A stretch of DNA of 64,000 nucleotides, from NCBI GenBank assembly GCA_965206655.1, contig CBDBKC010000038.1, forward strand, positions 831,430 through 895,429, written 5' to 3'. Under the pieces are notes generated by a model. That model saw only the letters and a program-made list of their open reading frames with translations. It was not told where the DNA came from and made no database searches. Positions 21,626-32,740 of the stretch are shown in pieces (positions within the stretch are counted from its first letter, which is position 1; each line of letters starts with the position of its first letter). The DNA is from Bryobacterales bacterium. GTDB taxonomy: Bacteria; Acidobacteriota; Terriglobia; Bryobacterales; UBA6623. Made by a program: the position numbers and the translations under genes.

Positions 21626-22810
21626 TCAGGCGGCGAGAGAGGGCGGCGAGTGGATGCGCAGCTCCGCGGCACTGAAGAGCTTGGCGAGCCGCATAGGCTC
21701 GCCGCAACGAGGACAGACCCAGCCACTGCGAGAGGGTTCGGCATCCGAGTAGGAGATGGTGCGCGAGGGGTTGACGCGGGCGATGAGCCGGCGGCACAGC
21801 GGTAATAGGTCGCCGCGTTTCGAGTTTGTCAAGAAGCCGAAGTAGCGAATGCGGTGGAAGCCGCTGGGCAGCACATGCAACAGGAAGCGGCGCAAGAACT
21901 CGTAAAGCGTGAGCGTCAGCAGCCGTTGTTGGTTGCCATGTGCCGAATCACGCCAACGGAAGGTGACCTGGCCTTGCTCGAACGAGACCAAACGCTGGTT
22001 CGAGATCGCCACACGGTGGGTGTAGCGGCTCAGATACTCAAGCGCCCGCCCCGCTCCACCGAAGGGCGGCCGGACTTCGACCACCCACTTGTCGCGGTAC
22101 AAGGTCCGCACAAAGGCCTTGAAGTTGCGCGGTTGATTCAGCGGCGCGAAGCGCCCGTGGAAGCGTAGCTCGCCTGCGGCGAAGGCTTTCTTGAGACCGT
22201 CGATGAACTTACCGCGAAAGACCTCGGCGAGGACGTCCTTGGGCAGGAAGAAGTTCTTCGAGGGTGCGTCGATCCAACGGCTGTGGTCAAGTGCGAGGCC
22301 ACCGGCGGGAACGACCGTATGGACGTGGGCGTGTTCTTGGAGGCGCTGATTCCAGGTGTGCAGGATTGAGAGGAAGCCGATCTTGGCGCCAAGATGGCGG
22401 GGATCACGAGCGACTTCGAGCAGCGTCTGTGCGCTCGCTGTGAGCAGCAGCGAGTAGATCGCATCCTTGTTCTGTAAGGCCAGCTGCGAGAGCACGCGCG
22501 GCAGCGTGAAGACGACGTGCAGATAGCGCACCGGCAGCAGTTCTTTGCGGCGAGCCTCCAGCCAATGCTTCCGTGTGCCGGCCTGGCACTTGGGACAATG
22601 CCGATTGCGACAGGAGTTGTAAGAGATGGCGGTCTGATAGCCGCAATCGCTGCACTCGTCGAGATGAGCACCGAGCTCGGCGGTGCGGCAACGGGTGATC
22701 GCCAACAGCACTTTCAGATGCTGCCGGTTCAGCCAGCCGCGACTTGTCTCGACGAAACGCTCTCCGGCGGCGCGAACCAGATCGGCCACCTCCAGCGGCG
22801 GCCGTGGCAT
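21626..22810 (-). CDS. tnpA: IS91-family transposase (HUH Y2)
   Basis: Zn-finger CxxC…CxxC N-terminus, HTWNQRLQEHAHVH (HUH), YLSRYTHR tyrosine motif. Confidence 0.85.
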   Translation of the reverse strand: MPRPPLEVADLVRAAGERFVETSRGWLNRQHLKVLLAITRCRTAELGAHLDECSDCGYQTAISYNSCRNRHCPKCQAGTRKHWLEARRKELLPVRYLHVVFTLPRVLSQLALQNKDAIYSLLLTASAQTLLEVARDPRHLGAKIGFLSILHTWNQRLQEHAHVHTVVPAGGLALDHSRWIDAPSKNFFLPKDVLAEVFRGKFIDGLKKAFAAGELRFHGRFAPLNQPRNFKAFVRTLYRDKWVVEVRPPFGGAGRALEYLSRYTHRVAISNQRLVSFEQGQVTFRWRDSAHGNQQRLLTLTLYEFLRRFLLHVLPSGFHRIRYFGFLTNSKRGDLLPLCRRLIARVNPSRTISYSDAEPSRSGWVCPRCGEPMRLAKLFSAAELRIHSPPSLAA

Positions 22811-23737
22811 CTAGCTCGTCCCGGGATCGTCGGGTGACAGGTCTTCTCGAGAGAAGGAGGCCAACCCCAACGAGTCCAGGGGGCTGGCGACCCCGCTGAA
22901 GTGGCGCGCCGACAAGTGCAGATAGACCGCCGTCTGCTCCAGATCGCGATGCCCCAGCAGCATCTGGATGGTACGCAAATCGGCGCCGGCTTCGAGCAGA
23001 TGCGTGGCGAAGCAATGACGCAGGATGTGAGGGTGGGCGGGTTTCGTGATGCCGGCCCTGTGGGCGGCGTGGCTGCAAGCGAGCCAGGGCACGTTGCTCG
23101 TGATCGGATCATCGCCGTTGTGCCCCTTCCCTCCGGGGAACAGCCACTGCTTGGGCCTGCGCCGCAGTCGGCGCATGTGCTCGCGCAAGTGGACCAGCAA
23201 ATGCTCGGAGAGCATCACGTCGCGGTCTTTACGGCCCTTGCCGCCGCGAATGTGGACCGCCATGCGTTCCGAATCGATGTCGTTGAGCCGGAGCTGCGTC
23301 AGCTCGGCTCGGCGCACCCCGGTGGCGTACAGCGTCATCAAGATCGTGCGGTGGAAGACGCTGTCGGCGGCGTCAATCAACCGCGCCACTTCCTGTTGGG
23401 ACAGAATGCTCGGCAGTCGGCGCGGCTTCTTCGGGTAGGGCGTCAGGCTGAGGTCCCAACTCCTCCGCAGCGTCTTGAAGTAGAAGAACCGCAGCCCCGT
23501 CAGGCGTTGTGCCACGCTGTTGGCGGCCAGCTTGCGGTCGCGAAACAGGTGGGCTTGGTACTGGCGGATGTGCTCGGGCCCCAACCGGTCGGGCGACCGT
23601 CGGTGGTAGAGCGCGAAGTCTTCGACCGCGTCGATGTAGCAGCGAATCGTACTGACCGCGTAGTTGCGACGCTCGAGCTCTTCGAGCATCTGTCGGCGTA
23701 AACGTGTCATGGGACACCTCCTTGAGTGGTGTCCCAA
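22811..23737 (-). CDS. Tyrosine recombinase (phage-integrase/XerD-like) associated with the IS91 element
   Basis: R…HxxR…Y catalytic pattern (…HILRHCFATHLLEAGADLRTIQMLLGH…AVYLH). Confidence 0.85.
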   Translation of the reverse strand: MGHHSRRCPMTRLRRQMLEELERRNYAVSTIRCYIDAVEDFALYHRRSPDRLGPEHIRQYQAHLFRDRKLAANSVAQRLTGLRFFYFKTLRRSWDLSLTPYPKKPRRLPSILSQQEVARLIDAADSVFHRTILMTLYATGVRRAELTQLRLNDIDSERMAVHIRGGKGRKDRDVMLSEHLLVHLREHMRRLRRRPKQWLFPGGKGHNGDDPITSNVPWLACSHAAHRAGITKPAHPHILRHCFATHLLEAGADLRTIQMLLGHRDLEQTAVYLHLSARHFSGVASPLDSLGLASFSREDLSPDDPGTS

Positions 23738-24079
23738 CTTACTCCCGACCCTACCTCCTCATCTCACATACGCCCACGCGAAGCGTCTGCCGTAAGGCTT
23801 CGTTCATATCGCGTTCCGTCCACCTTTCCGTCAGCCGACGTCCGGCTGGGCCGCTCGGCGGACTAGATCCGCCCTCGTCGGCTAGTGTTTTCCAGTCTGC
23901 CACGACCGCCCACTTAGCCGTCCAAACGCCCTTCTTGGGAACTTGGCGGACCAAACTCGGGGTCAGCCGGGGGCAGATGTCTTGCCGTCTCCCGGATGCG
24001 CTGCGCAATTCGTGAGTGAACTATGAAGCGCCGTACCTAGTAAGTAAGCCCGTTCTTCGGAAGTGCCGCTTTGGACGGT

Positions 24080-25222
<1,143 letters not shown>

Positions 25223-25234
<12 letters not shown>

Positions 25235-25270
25235 CTCGTTTCTTCATCTCGTTTCTTCATCTCGTTTCTT
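25223..25270. repeat. Tandem 13-bp repeat (tcgtttcttcatc x ~3.7) spanning the coaE stop and the htrA start codon
   Basis: Seen directly. Each unit carries CAT (ATG on the minus strand); the coaE TGA lies in unit 3. Confidence 0.8.
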
Positions 25271-25859
25271 GCTTTAGGTTTCGGTAGACGTTCTGGACCT
25301 GGGTGTCGGTTTCTTCAAACGTTCCGGAAGTGTCGATCACGAAATCCGCAAACTTTCGTTTCTCAGCCAGCGGGAGTTGGCGCGCGAGTCGGTCTCGCGC
25401 TTCGGTTTCGGTTCCACCACGCTCCACAAAGCGCTGTATCTGCATCTGCTCCGGGCACACCACGAGGATCAAGCGGTCGTAGCGCTTGTAGCTGCCGCTT
25501 TCAATCATGATAGCCGCCTCCGCGACGGCGATTCCGTCCGGATCGTCGCGAGCCATCTGCTCGAAAAATGCCTCTTGACGCTGGAATACGTGTGGATGCA
25601 CGAGGGAGTTCAATTTCGCCAAGCGTTCGGGAGCGGGAAACACGATAGCTCCCAAGGCCTTGCGGTCGATCTCGCCGTCCGCCGCGAGAATTCCCGGGCC
25701 GAATTCGGCGATGACGTCCTCGAAAGCTTCGCCGCCGCGGCGTAAGACCTCGTGTCCCAGCTTGTCGGCTTGGATGACGTGACAACCCAGTTCCGCTAAG
25801 CGGGCGGACGCGTAACTCTTTCCGGTTGCCAGCCCCCCTGTGAGTCCTACCTTCAGCAT
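25257..25859 (-). CDS. coaE: Dephospho-CoA kinase
   Basis: MLKVGLTGGLATGKSY P-loop at the N-terminus; ~200 aa. Confidence 0.8.
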   Translation of the reverse strand: MLKVGLTGGLATGKSYASARLAELGCHVIQADKLGHEVLRRGGEAFEDVIAEFGPGILAADGEIDRKALGAIVFPAPERLAKLNSLVHPHVFQRQEAFFEQMARDDPDGIAVAEAAIMIESGSYKRYDRLILVVCPEQMQIQRFVERGGTETEARDRLARQLPLAEKRKFADFVIDTSGTFEETDTQVQNVYRNLKQETR

Positions 25860-25972
25860 CGCCGCACAAGTCATTATGCCTGACGGCCCGTACCGGATCG
25901 GATCGGTCAATCGGTACGCCCCTGCCCGTAGGCCGGCTCGGATACAATTGCTCTCACAAGGGAGACTTAGCG

Positions 25973-27265
25973 ATGTCGTTACGATCTACTCGCAGACGAT
26001 TTTTTCAGCAGGCCCACGGGTACGCACTGTTGGGGTATCTCTCGCTCTCGGGAACCCTCTCGCGAGCTACGGCCAAACCAAAGAGGCACTCCCTTCGAGC
26101 GAACGTTTACACGAGACTCGGTGTCGAGCCTTTCATCATGGCCAACATTCCGTTCACGTTTCTCAGCGCCACACTGGTCTGGCCTGAGGTTCGAGAGGCT
26201 ATGGACGAAGCATCCCAATACTTTGTTGATATCGTGCAGTTGCAACGCGCGGTCGGACGCAGGTTGGCTGAGATTTCGGGCGCCGAGGCGGGGATCATTA
26301 CGTCGGGCGCGGCGGGCGCGATCGCGGTTGCCACGGCGGCCTGCATCGCCGGTACCAATCCTGAGAGAATCCGGGCTTTGCCCGATTCCGAGGGAATGAA
26401 GAACGAAGTATTGATGTGGGGTGGCCGTAGTGTTTTCGACAACGCCATCCGGCTCGCGGGAGGCAAGATCAAGGTGGTTCTCGGGCTGGACGAGCTTCGC
26501 GATGCTATTTCGGACAAGACGGTCATGCTTTACATGGGATATCCGGCCGACCCGGACCCTAAGAAAGCACCGCCGCTGGAGAGCATCGTTGCGATCTGCA
26601 AGCAAAAGGGCGTGGCGGTCTTCGTCGATGCGGCCGGCGGCATCCCGCCGATCGAAAACCTCAAGCGCTACGCGAAGATGGGCGTCGACCTCTATGCGTT
26701 CAGCGGAGGCAAGGGGATGAAGGGACCCCAGTGTTCCGGGCTGCTGCTTGGGCGCAAAGATCTCATTGAGGCGGCCCTCATGAACTCCAGCCCGATGGAG
26801 GGGGCGGTGTGCCGGCCGATGAAGGTGGGCAAGGAGGAGATCATTGGCTGCCTTACCGCCGTCGAGAAGTGGCTCACAATAGACTTGGAGGCGCTCTATC
26901 GGCAGCAGGACAAGAAGCTCCAGCGGATCGACGCGATGATCTCGACGATCCCGGGAGTGGATACGCAAATGGAAACGCGCCGCGGCAGCAACCGCTTCCG
27001 CCAGCTCGTCGTCGAGTGGGACGAAAGCAAGCTTGGCATCACTCACAATGAATGTGGCCGCAGGTTGCGCGAAGGCAGTCCGTCGATTCAGGTGCTGTAT
27101 GGCTATAACCCTTATGTCATTCGAGACCCTGTCCCGGAGCCGGCCGCCGATGCAAAGAAACGGGGTGGGCCGTTGACGGTCTACTCGTTGGGGCTTCAGA
27201 AGGGCGAGGAATTGATCGTGGGCCGCCGCCTGCGGGATGTTCTCTTGCAAGCGCGCCGCGGATAG
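25973..27265 (+). CDS. Tat-exported SelA-like PLP-dependent enzyme, paralog 3 (no C-terminal extension)
   Basis: TRRRFFQQ Tat motif; …LGVEPFIMANIPFTFLSA…GAAGAIAVATAACIAG… conserved with paralogs 1 and 2. Confidence 0.7.
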   Translation: MSLRSTRRRFFQQAHGYALLGYLSLSGTLSRATAKPKRHSLRANVYTRLGVEPFIMANIPFTFLSATLVWPEVREAMDEASQYFVDIVQLQRAVGRRLAEISGAEAGIITSGAAGAIAVATAACIAGTNPERIRALPDSEGMKNEVLMWGGRSVFDNAIRLAGGKIKVVLGLDELRDAISDKTVMLYMGYPADPDPKKAPPLESIVAICKQKGVAVFVDAAGGIPPIENLKRYAKMGVDLYAFSGGKGMKGPQCSGLLLGRKDLIEAALMNSSPMEGAVCRPMKVGKEEIIGCLTAVEKWLTIDLEALYRQQDKKLQRIDAMISTIPGVDTQMETRRGSNRFRQLVVEWDESKLGITHNECGRRLREGSPSIQVLYGYNPYVIRDPVPEPAADAKKRGGPLTVYSLGLQKGEELIVGRRLRDVLLQARRG

Positions 27266-27365
27266 GGGTTGTTCGCTGAGATTTTCCTCAGCCCGGTTAT
27301 CCCCGCGGTTTCGTGTAACCTTGGGGGCGGCAGGGTTGAGCGATTCACACAGACTGGAGGATTCA

Positions 27366-28517
27366 ATGTTGAAGAGTTCTGATTTCCGTACCGGGCAGAT
27401 TTGGCCGGCATTTTGCGTTTGCATGTGGATTGTCACCTTCCTTAGGCTCGCGGCACCCGTTCGAGCGGCCGACGGGCCTTTCTTCGAAACGGGCACGGTT
27501 GTGAAGTCCCAAGGGACTCGTCTCTACCACAACGCCTACCCGACGGTCGCTCGTCTCACCAGCGGCCGCTTGCTGGCGGTATTCGGCGCCTACTCGCCAG
27601 ATCAGAGCAGCGCTCGGGTGATGGCGGCTCTCTCCGACGACGGAGGCCGTACCTGGTCTAGCCCCAAGCAGATCGTCGACAATCCTGGCCTCTGGGACGG
27701 CGATCCTAACGTCATCGTCGACGGGCCACGAACGTTCGTCTATTGCACGACCCGCAAAGTCGACCTGACGACCATCGACAGGAGCACGGTGTTCATGGTC
27801 AAGACCGATGACGACGGAGAGAGCTGGTCGAGTCCGGTTGAGATATCGATGCCCAAGAAGTACGTCGCCGGCAAGCAGCACAAGGGCATGCGCCTCGGTG
27901 ACGGGACGCTGCTGATGGGCTACTCCTGGGACCTGTGGGCCGAGAAGGGCACGCCGGCGCGCACCGAAGGGGAGATGAACATCGCGGCCGGCGCCTTGCG
28001 ATCGACGGACGGCGTCCACTGGACACCCTTCGGCGCGCTCCACGTCTGGATTCCCAAGATGACCCCGTATTCCACCAACGGCCTCGACGAACCCTCGATC
28101 GTCCAGTTGGCCGACGGCGAGATTCTCATGCTGCTTCGGACCGGATCGAACCGTCACTACGAGAGTCGCAGCCGCGACGGCGGTCTCACCTGGGCGCCCC
28201 CGCGTCCGAGCTCGCTGACGGGACACAATACGCCCACGGGATTGTGGCGGCTGGACCGAAGCGAAGAGATCATCGCCATTTGGAACAATTCTCCCGTGAA
28301 CCGGCGGCCGTTGAGCGTGGCCATCTCGGCCGATGGCGGCCGCACCTGGAGCCCGCCGCGAAACGTCGCGGAGTCTGACGGGCCACAGGTGTCGTATCCC
28401 AGCATCACGCAAGCCGACGACGGCACCTTCGTCGCTCTCTGGCAGCAACAGCTTTCCGAGGGGGGCCGGGACATCCGCTGGGCACGGTTTAATCGGGCGT
28501 GGGTTTTGGGGCAGTGA
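27366..28517 (+). CDS. Secreted BNR/Asp-box sialidase-like glycoside hydrolase (GH33-like)
   Basis: Signal peptide; repeated SxDxGxTW Asp-boxes (SDDGGRTW, TDDDGESW, SRDGGLTW, SADGGRTW). Strong SD GGAGGA before ATG 27366. Confidence 0.7.
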   Translation: MLKSSDFRTGQIWPAFCVCMWIVTFLRLAAPVRAADGPFFETGTVVKSQGTRLYHNAYPTVARLTSGRLLAVFGAYSPDQSSARVMAALSDDGGRTWSSPKQIVDNPGLWDGDPNVIVDGPRTFVYCTTRKVDLTTIDRSTVFMVKTDDDGESWSSPVEISMPKKYVAGKQHKGMRLGDGTLLMGYSWDLWAEKGTPARTEGEMNIAAGALRSTDGVHWTPFGALHVWIPKMTPYSTNGLDEPSIVQLADGEILMLLRTGSNRHYESRSRDGGLTWAPPRPSSLTGHNTPTGLWRLDRSEEIIAIWNNSPVNRRPLSVAISADGGRTWSPPRNVAESDGPQVSYPSITQADDGTFVALWQQQLSEGGRDIRWARFNRAWVLGQ

Positions 28518-28540
28518 CGGGGCAGAGCCGCTGAGACCGA

Positions 28541-30070
28541 ATGAACATTGCGAACCACATGCTGCGAGCGGGCCGCGCCTTCGGCGACAGGCCGGCGGTG
28601 GCTCGAGGGGATGCGGTGCTACACAGCTATGCATCTCTCGCGGAGCGGGTGGCGCGGCTTGCCGGAGGACTCACTCTGCGTTTGGGCTTAGAGCCCGGCG
28701 ACCGAGTGGCCCTTGCGATGAAGAACTGTCCCGAATATTTGGAGATCCTGTATGCTTGCTGGCACGCCGGCCTGGTCGCTGTGCCGATCAATGCCAAACT
28801 GCACGCGAGCGAATTCGCCTACATCCTGGAAAACTGCGGCGCGCGCCTGTGTTTCGCGACTGCGGAGTCGGCGGAGGCAATCGGGCCGTTGGCAGGAGGA
28901 ATGCTCCAGAGGGTGATCGCCGTACCCGACCAGGAATACGAGACGCTGGTGACGACAAGCGAGCCGGTGGACCTTTGGCCCCGCGCACCGAACGACACGG
29001 CTTGGCTGTTCTACACGAGCGGGACCACGGGCCGGCCCAAAGGCGCGACGTTAACCCACCGCAACCTGCTGGCGATGTGCTTCTGCTACTTCGCCGATCT
29101 CGATCCGGGGGCGCCCTGGAAGGCTATGCTCCACGCTGCGCCTTTGAGCCACGGGTCCGGACTCTACAGCCTTGCCCACGTTACCCAGGCCTCTTGCCAC
29201 GTCATCCCGGAAAGCGGCGGGTTTGATGTAGGTGAGATCTACGCTCTGATCCGCCGGTGGCCGGCTATCTCGTTCTTCATGGCGCCCACCATGGTGAAAC
29301 GCCTGCTGGACCACCCCCGCGACGAAGACACGACTCATCTCAAGACTCTTATCTACGGTGGCGGACCGATGTACGTGGAGGACTGCCAGGCGGGGCTCGA
29401 TCGCTTTGGGCCGAAGCTCTCCCAGCTTTACGGCCAAGGCGAGAGCCCGATGACGATCACGGCGCTGAACGCGGCGCTCCACGCCGCGTCCGAACATCCC
29501 CGCTGGCTTGAGCGTCTGGCGTCGGTGGGCGTGCCTCAGAGCGTAGTCGAGGTGCGGGTGGCGGACTCCGACGACCGCCCCCTTCCCCCGGGTGAGCCGG
29601 GCGAGGTGTTGGTGCGGGGTGACTCGGTGATGGCCGGCTACTGGGGCGACCCGGAAGCCACTGCAGAAACTCTGCGAGGCGGGTGGCTCCACACGGGCGA
29701 TGTGGGTGTGTTCGACGACGACGGCTTCCTCACCCTCAAGGACCGATCCAAGGACGTGATCATCTCAGGGGGCGCGAACATCTACCCCCGCGAGGTGGAA
29801 GAAGTCCTGCTGCGTCATCCGCTTGTAGCGGAGGTGTCGGTGATAGGGCGGCCGGACCGGGAGTGGGGCGAGGTCGTGGTCGCTTATCTCGTGGCCGCTC
29901 AGGGAGCCGCGGTCAACCCGGATGACCTCGACAAGTTCTGCCTGAAACACATAGCGCGCTTCAAGCGGCCAAGAGACTATCTCTTCATCGAAAGCATTCC
30001 AAAGAACAACTACGGAAAAGCGCTGAAGACGACGTTGCGGCAATTAGATGAGCAGAACGCCTCTGGATGA
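28541..30070 (+). CDS. AMP-dependent synthetase/ligase (acyl-CoA synthetase family)
   Basis: YTSGTTGRPKG AMP-binding motif; …GYWGDPEAT…; 509 aa. Confidence 0.85.
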   Translation: MNIANHMLRAGRAFGDRPAVARGDAVLHSYASLAERVARLAGGLTLRLGLEPGDRVALAMKNCPEYLEILYACWHAGLVAVPINAKLHASEFAYILENCGARLCFATAESAEAIGPLAGGMLQRVIAVPDQEYETLVTTSEPVDLWPRAPNDTAWLFYTSGTTGRPKGATLTHRNLLAMCFCYFADLDPGAPWKAMLHAAPLSHGSGLYSLAHVTQASCHVIPESGGFDVGEIYALIRRWPAISFFMAPTMVKRLLDHPRDEDTTHLKTLIYGGGPMYVEDCQAGLDRFGPKLSQLYGQGESPMTITALNAALHAASEHPRWLERLASVGVPQSVVEVRVADSDDRPLPPGEPGEVLVRGDSVMAGYWGDPEATAETLRGGWLHTGDVGVFDDDGFLTLKDRSKDVIISGGANIYPREVEEVLLRHPLVAEVSVIGRPDREWGEVVVAYLVAAQGAAVNPDDLDKFCLKHIARFKRPRDYLFIESIPKNNYGKALKTTLRQLDEQNASG

Positions 30071-30888
30071 CCAAACAGCGTCCACAAATGAGTAAGCGAC
30101 TGAAAGATAAGATCGCGCTGGTGTCCGGCGCCGGCTCTGTGGGACCAGGCTGGGGCAACGGGAAGGCCACCGCAGTGCTGTTCGCCCGCGAGGGGGCCAC
30201 CGTACTGTGCGCCGATATCAACCGGGAGGCGGCCGAAGAAACCCGCGATATCATCCGCGGCGAGGGCGGCCGCGCCGAAGCATGGGAGTGCGACGTTTCC
30301 CAAGCCGATCAGGTCAAAGCCATGGCCGCCGGTTGTCTCGATCACTATGGCCGGATCGACGTGCTCCAGAACAACGTAGGAATCCTGACCGTAGGCGGGC
30401 CGGTCGACACCACCGAAGAAGACTGGGATCGGGTTCACGATGTGAACCTGAAGAGCATGTTTCTTACTTGCAAGTACGTCCTGCCGGTGATGGAGCGGCA
30501 GGGGAGCGGAGCTATCGTTAACATCTCGTCGATTGCGGGCCTGCGGCACCTGGGTGTCCCGTATCTCGCCTATAACACTTCGAAGGCGGCGGTAAGCCAC
30601 CTGACCCGAATGATCGCCGTGGAGTGGGCCCCGAAGGGAATTCGTTGCAACAGCGTGTCCCCTGGGTTCTTGCGCACACCGATGGTCGAGAAGTCGCTAG
30701 CGGACCACTATGCCGACGGTGATGTCGACGAGATGTTCCGCAAGCGCGCAGCGCTTGTCCCCATGGGACGAGGCGGTGACGCCTGGGACGTTGCCTACGC
30801 TTCGCTGTACCTTGCCTCGGACGAGGCGAAATACGTCACAGGCGCCGATCTCGTGGTCGACGGCGGGCTGACCGTGAAGTGCGTGTAA
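30067..30888 (+). CDS. Short-chain dehydrogenase/reductase (SDR); alternative start at 30088
   Basis: ALVSGAGSVG Rossmann motif, NNVG, Y-x3-K (YNTSKAA). Confidence 0.85.
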   Translation: MTKQRPQMSKRLKDKIALVSGAGSVGPGWGNGKATAVLFAREGATVLCADINREAAEETRDIIRGEGGRAEAWECDVSQADQVKAMAAGCLDHYGRIDVLQNNVGILTVGGPVDTTEEDWDRVHDVNLKSMFLTCKYVLPVMERQGSGAIVNISSIAGLRHLGVPYLAYNTSKAAVSHLTRMIAVEWAPKGIRCNSVSPGFLRTPMVEKSLADHYADGDVDEMFRKRAALVPMGRGGDAWDVAYASLYLASDEAKYVTGADLVVDGGLTVKCV

Positions 30889-31129
30889 GGGCCAACTCGT
30901 CAAAGCTGCGCACTTGGATTCGGCCGCGCCGATCATGTACGCTGAAATCACGCCGGGAGACAATTTTTTCTGATTTAGCTATTGACACCACTGCTAAGTG
31001 GTGTTACTATTCTCTTGTTCGGAGGAAACCATGTTGCTACACGCCTATAAATCGAGGTTCCACATGCCTCATTGGTGCGGTCTCTTTGAGTCACCGTATG
31101 CCGGCGTGAGCGGACGCTCCGGACTCCAC

Positions 31130-31202
31130 TCGGATATAGCTCAAATGGATAGAGCATCAGGCCATAACCTGACTGTCACGGGTTCGAATCCCGTTATCCG
31201 CC
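31130..31202 (+). pseudogene. Degenerate tRNA-like gene (canonical D- and T-arms, but 6-nt anticodon loop 'ccauaa' and U1·C72 mismatch); possibly a decayed tRNA-Met/Ile2
   Basis: Manual fold: GCUC-AAAUGGAUA-GAGC D-arm, ACGGG-UUCGAAU-CCCGU T-arm, no CCA; anticodon stem UCAGG/CCUGA closes only 6 nt. Confidence 0.35.
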
Positions 31203-31444
31203 TGACTCGAAATCAGGCTTAACCAAGAGTGAACCGGGCCGCGTTTCGGCCGCCTGTCCTCGCGGTTTGAGGACGGCCGGCAGCGCCGCCTCGGCTCTGT
31301 GCTTCCGTTGAAACTGCCGGCCGTGATGCGGGTGAAGTATGCCCGCGGCTCGTCCGGCTCTAGCTGAAGCCCGCCATAGGCTGCGTGAAGCGCGGTTCGG
31401 GGATCTCAATTCACAGAAAGACTTTGCTACGAGGAGGTGCTGTC

Positions 31445-32557
31445 ATGATTCGTCGAATTATTGTGGGGGACAACGAGCGCGCCGTGTTGATTCGCAAGCG
31501 GCGCTTCGAATCGATTCTCACGCCGGGATCTTACTGGGTTTTCGGCCCCGGCGTCGAAATCGAAGCCTTCAACATTCGGCATCCGGAGTTTTCGAGCGAG
31601 TGGGCTGACTTCGTTGCCACGCAGCGGCCGGATGTCGGGTCGGAGCACTTCACGGTGATCGAGACCGGCGACTCGGAAGTTGCGGTCGTTTACTTCGACG
31701 GCAAGCTTGCTCGTGTCGTTGGTCCCGGTACGCGGACTCTTTACTGGCGCGATTCGGCTGACGTGACGTTCGAGGTGATCGACGTTGTGGCCGAGCCCGA
31801 GGTGCCGACGAAACTGGTGGCGGCTCTTGCCCGCCGGGGCGGGGAGTCGTTCGCGAACTTCGTTCTGGTGGAAGACGGTATGCAAGCCCTCGTTCATCTC
31901 GATGGACAACTGATCCGCGAGTTGGGGCCGGGCGCGCACGCCTTCTGGACCGCGGTCGCTCAGCCGAAGGTGACGTTGAGCGATCTGCGGCGTCAGACGC
32001 TTGAAGTAACGGGTCAGGAAATCCTGACGGCCGACAAGGTTGGCGTTCGAGTCAACGTCTCGGTTGTATACGAGGTCGTGAACGCGGTTGCGGTGCGTGC
32101 TGGTGTGACCGATGTCCGGGAGCACCTGTATCGGACGGTACAGATCGCTGTTCGTCAGTACCTAGGCAAGCGGACGCTTGAAGAGATGCTGGCGGAGAAG
32201 ACGGACCTCGATGCGGCGGTTGCGGAGACGGTTCGGAGCGACATGGAACCCGTCGGCGTTCGAGTGCGAGTCATCGCCCTCAAGGATGTTGTTCTGCCGG
32301 GCGATGTCCGGGAGATCATGAACCAGGTCGTGACTGCGGAGAAGCAAGCGCAGGCCAACCTGATTCGACGTCGAGAGGAGGTGGCGTCGACGCGTTCGTT
32401 GCTCAACACGGCCAAGCTGATGGGTGAAAACCCCATTCTGGTGCGGCTCAAGGAGCTCGAGTCACTCGAGCGGATCGCCGAGAAGGTGGAGAAGATCACC
32501 GTTGTCGGCGGAATGAATGCGCTCCTGGAGCGCACGGTGAGTATCCGGCCTGAATGA
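31445..32557 (+). CDS. SPFH/band-7 (stomatin/prohibitin-like) domain protein with N-terminal extension
   Basis: C-terminal half (…QEILTADKVGVRVNVSVVYEV…DVREIMNQ…) is SPFH-like; SD GAGGAGG before ATG 31445. Confidence 0.65.
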   Translation: MIRRIIVGDNERAVLIRKRRFESILTPGSYWVFGPGVEIEAFNIRHPEFSSEWADFVATQRPDVGSEHFTVIETGDSEVAVVYFDGKLARVVGPGTRTLYWRDSADVTFEVIDVVAEPEVPTKLVAALARRGGESFANFVLVEDGMQALVHLDGQLIRELGPGAHAFWTAVAQPKVTLSDLRRQTLEVTGQEILTADKVGVRVNVSVVYEVVNAVAVRAGVTDVREHLYRTVQIAVRQYLGKRTLEEMLAEKTDLDAAVAETVRSDMEPVGVRVRVIALKDVVLPGDVREIMNQVVTAEKQAQANLIRRREEVASTRSLLNTAKLMGENPILVRLKELESLERIAEKVEKITVVGGMNALLERTVSIRPE

Positions 32558-32619
32558 GGCCGGTGAGCAAAGGGGGCCGGCGCGTTTGGCGCCGGCCCCG
32601 GATCGGGAAGCAAGCGCAG

Positions 32620-32722
32620 GCCGTGAAAAAACGGGGACTGTACCAAGCGCCGCCGCGTAACTGCTTTGTTCGCGGCGCTCACAAGCGGCGCGCCGTGGAC
32701 TGTCCCCAGTTTTTTCACAGCG
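32620..32722. repeat. MITE-like palindromic element, copy 2 (inverted orientation)
   Basis: About 90% identical to the reverse complement of copy 1. Confidence 0.7.
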
Positions 32723-32740
32723 CCTCAGGCGGAGTTACGC

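Larger units (their letters stand above)
21270..23800 (-). mobile_element. IS91-family (rolling-circle HUH) element carrying a tyrosine-recombinase gene; boundaries approximate
   Basis: Integrase-TnpA gene pair with TAG-ATG coupling; 17-bp perfect inverted-repeat hairpin at 21287-21348 downstream of tnpA. Confidence 0.5.

Noticed and set aside
21163-21797. Low-complexity Ser/Pro-rich ORFs near the IS91 end
   Set aside because: Located in the non-coding terminal region of the IS91-family element (contains the ori/ter hairpin). No start context or domain signal.
25979-27496. 505-aa minus-strand ORF
   Set aside because: Antisense to SelA-like paralog 3, which has a Tat signal and paralog support. 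The minus-frame product is Arg/Pro-rich with no motifs.
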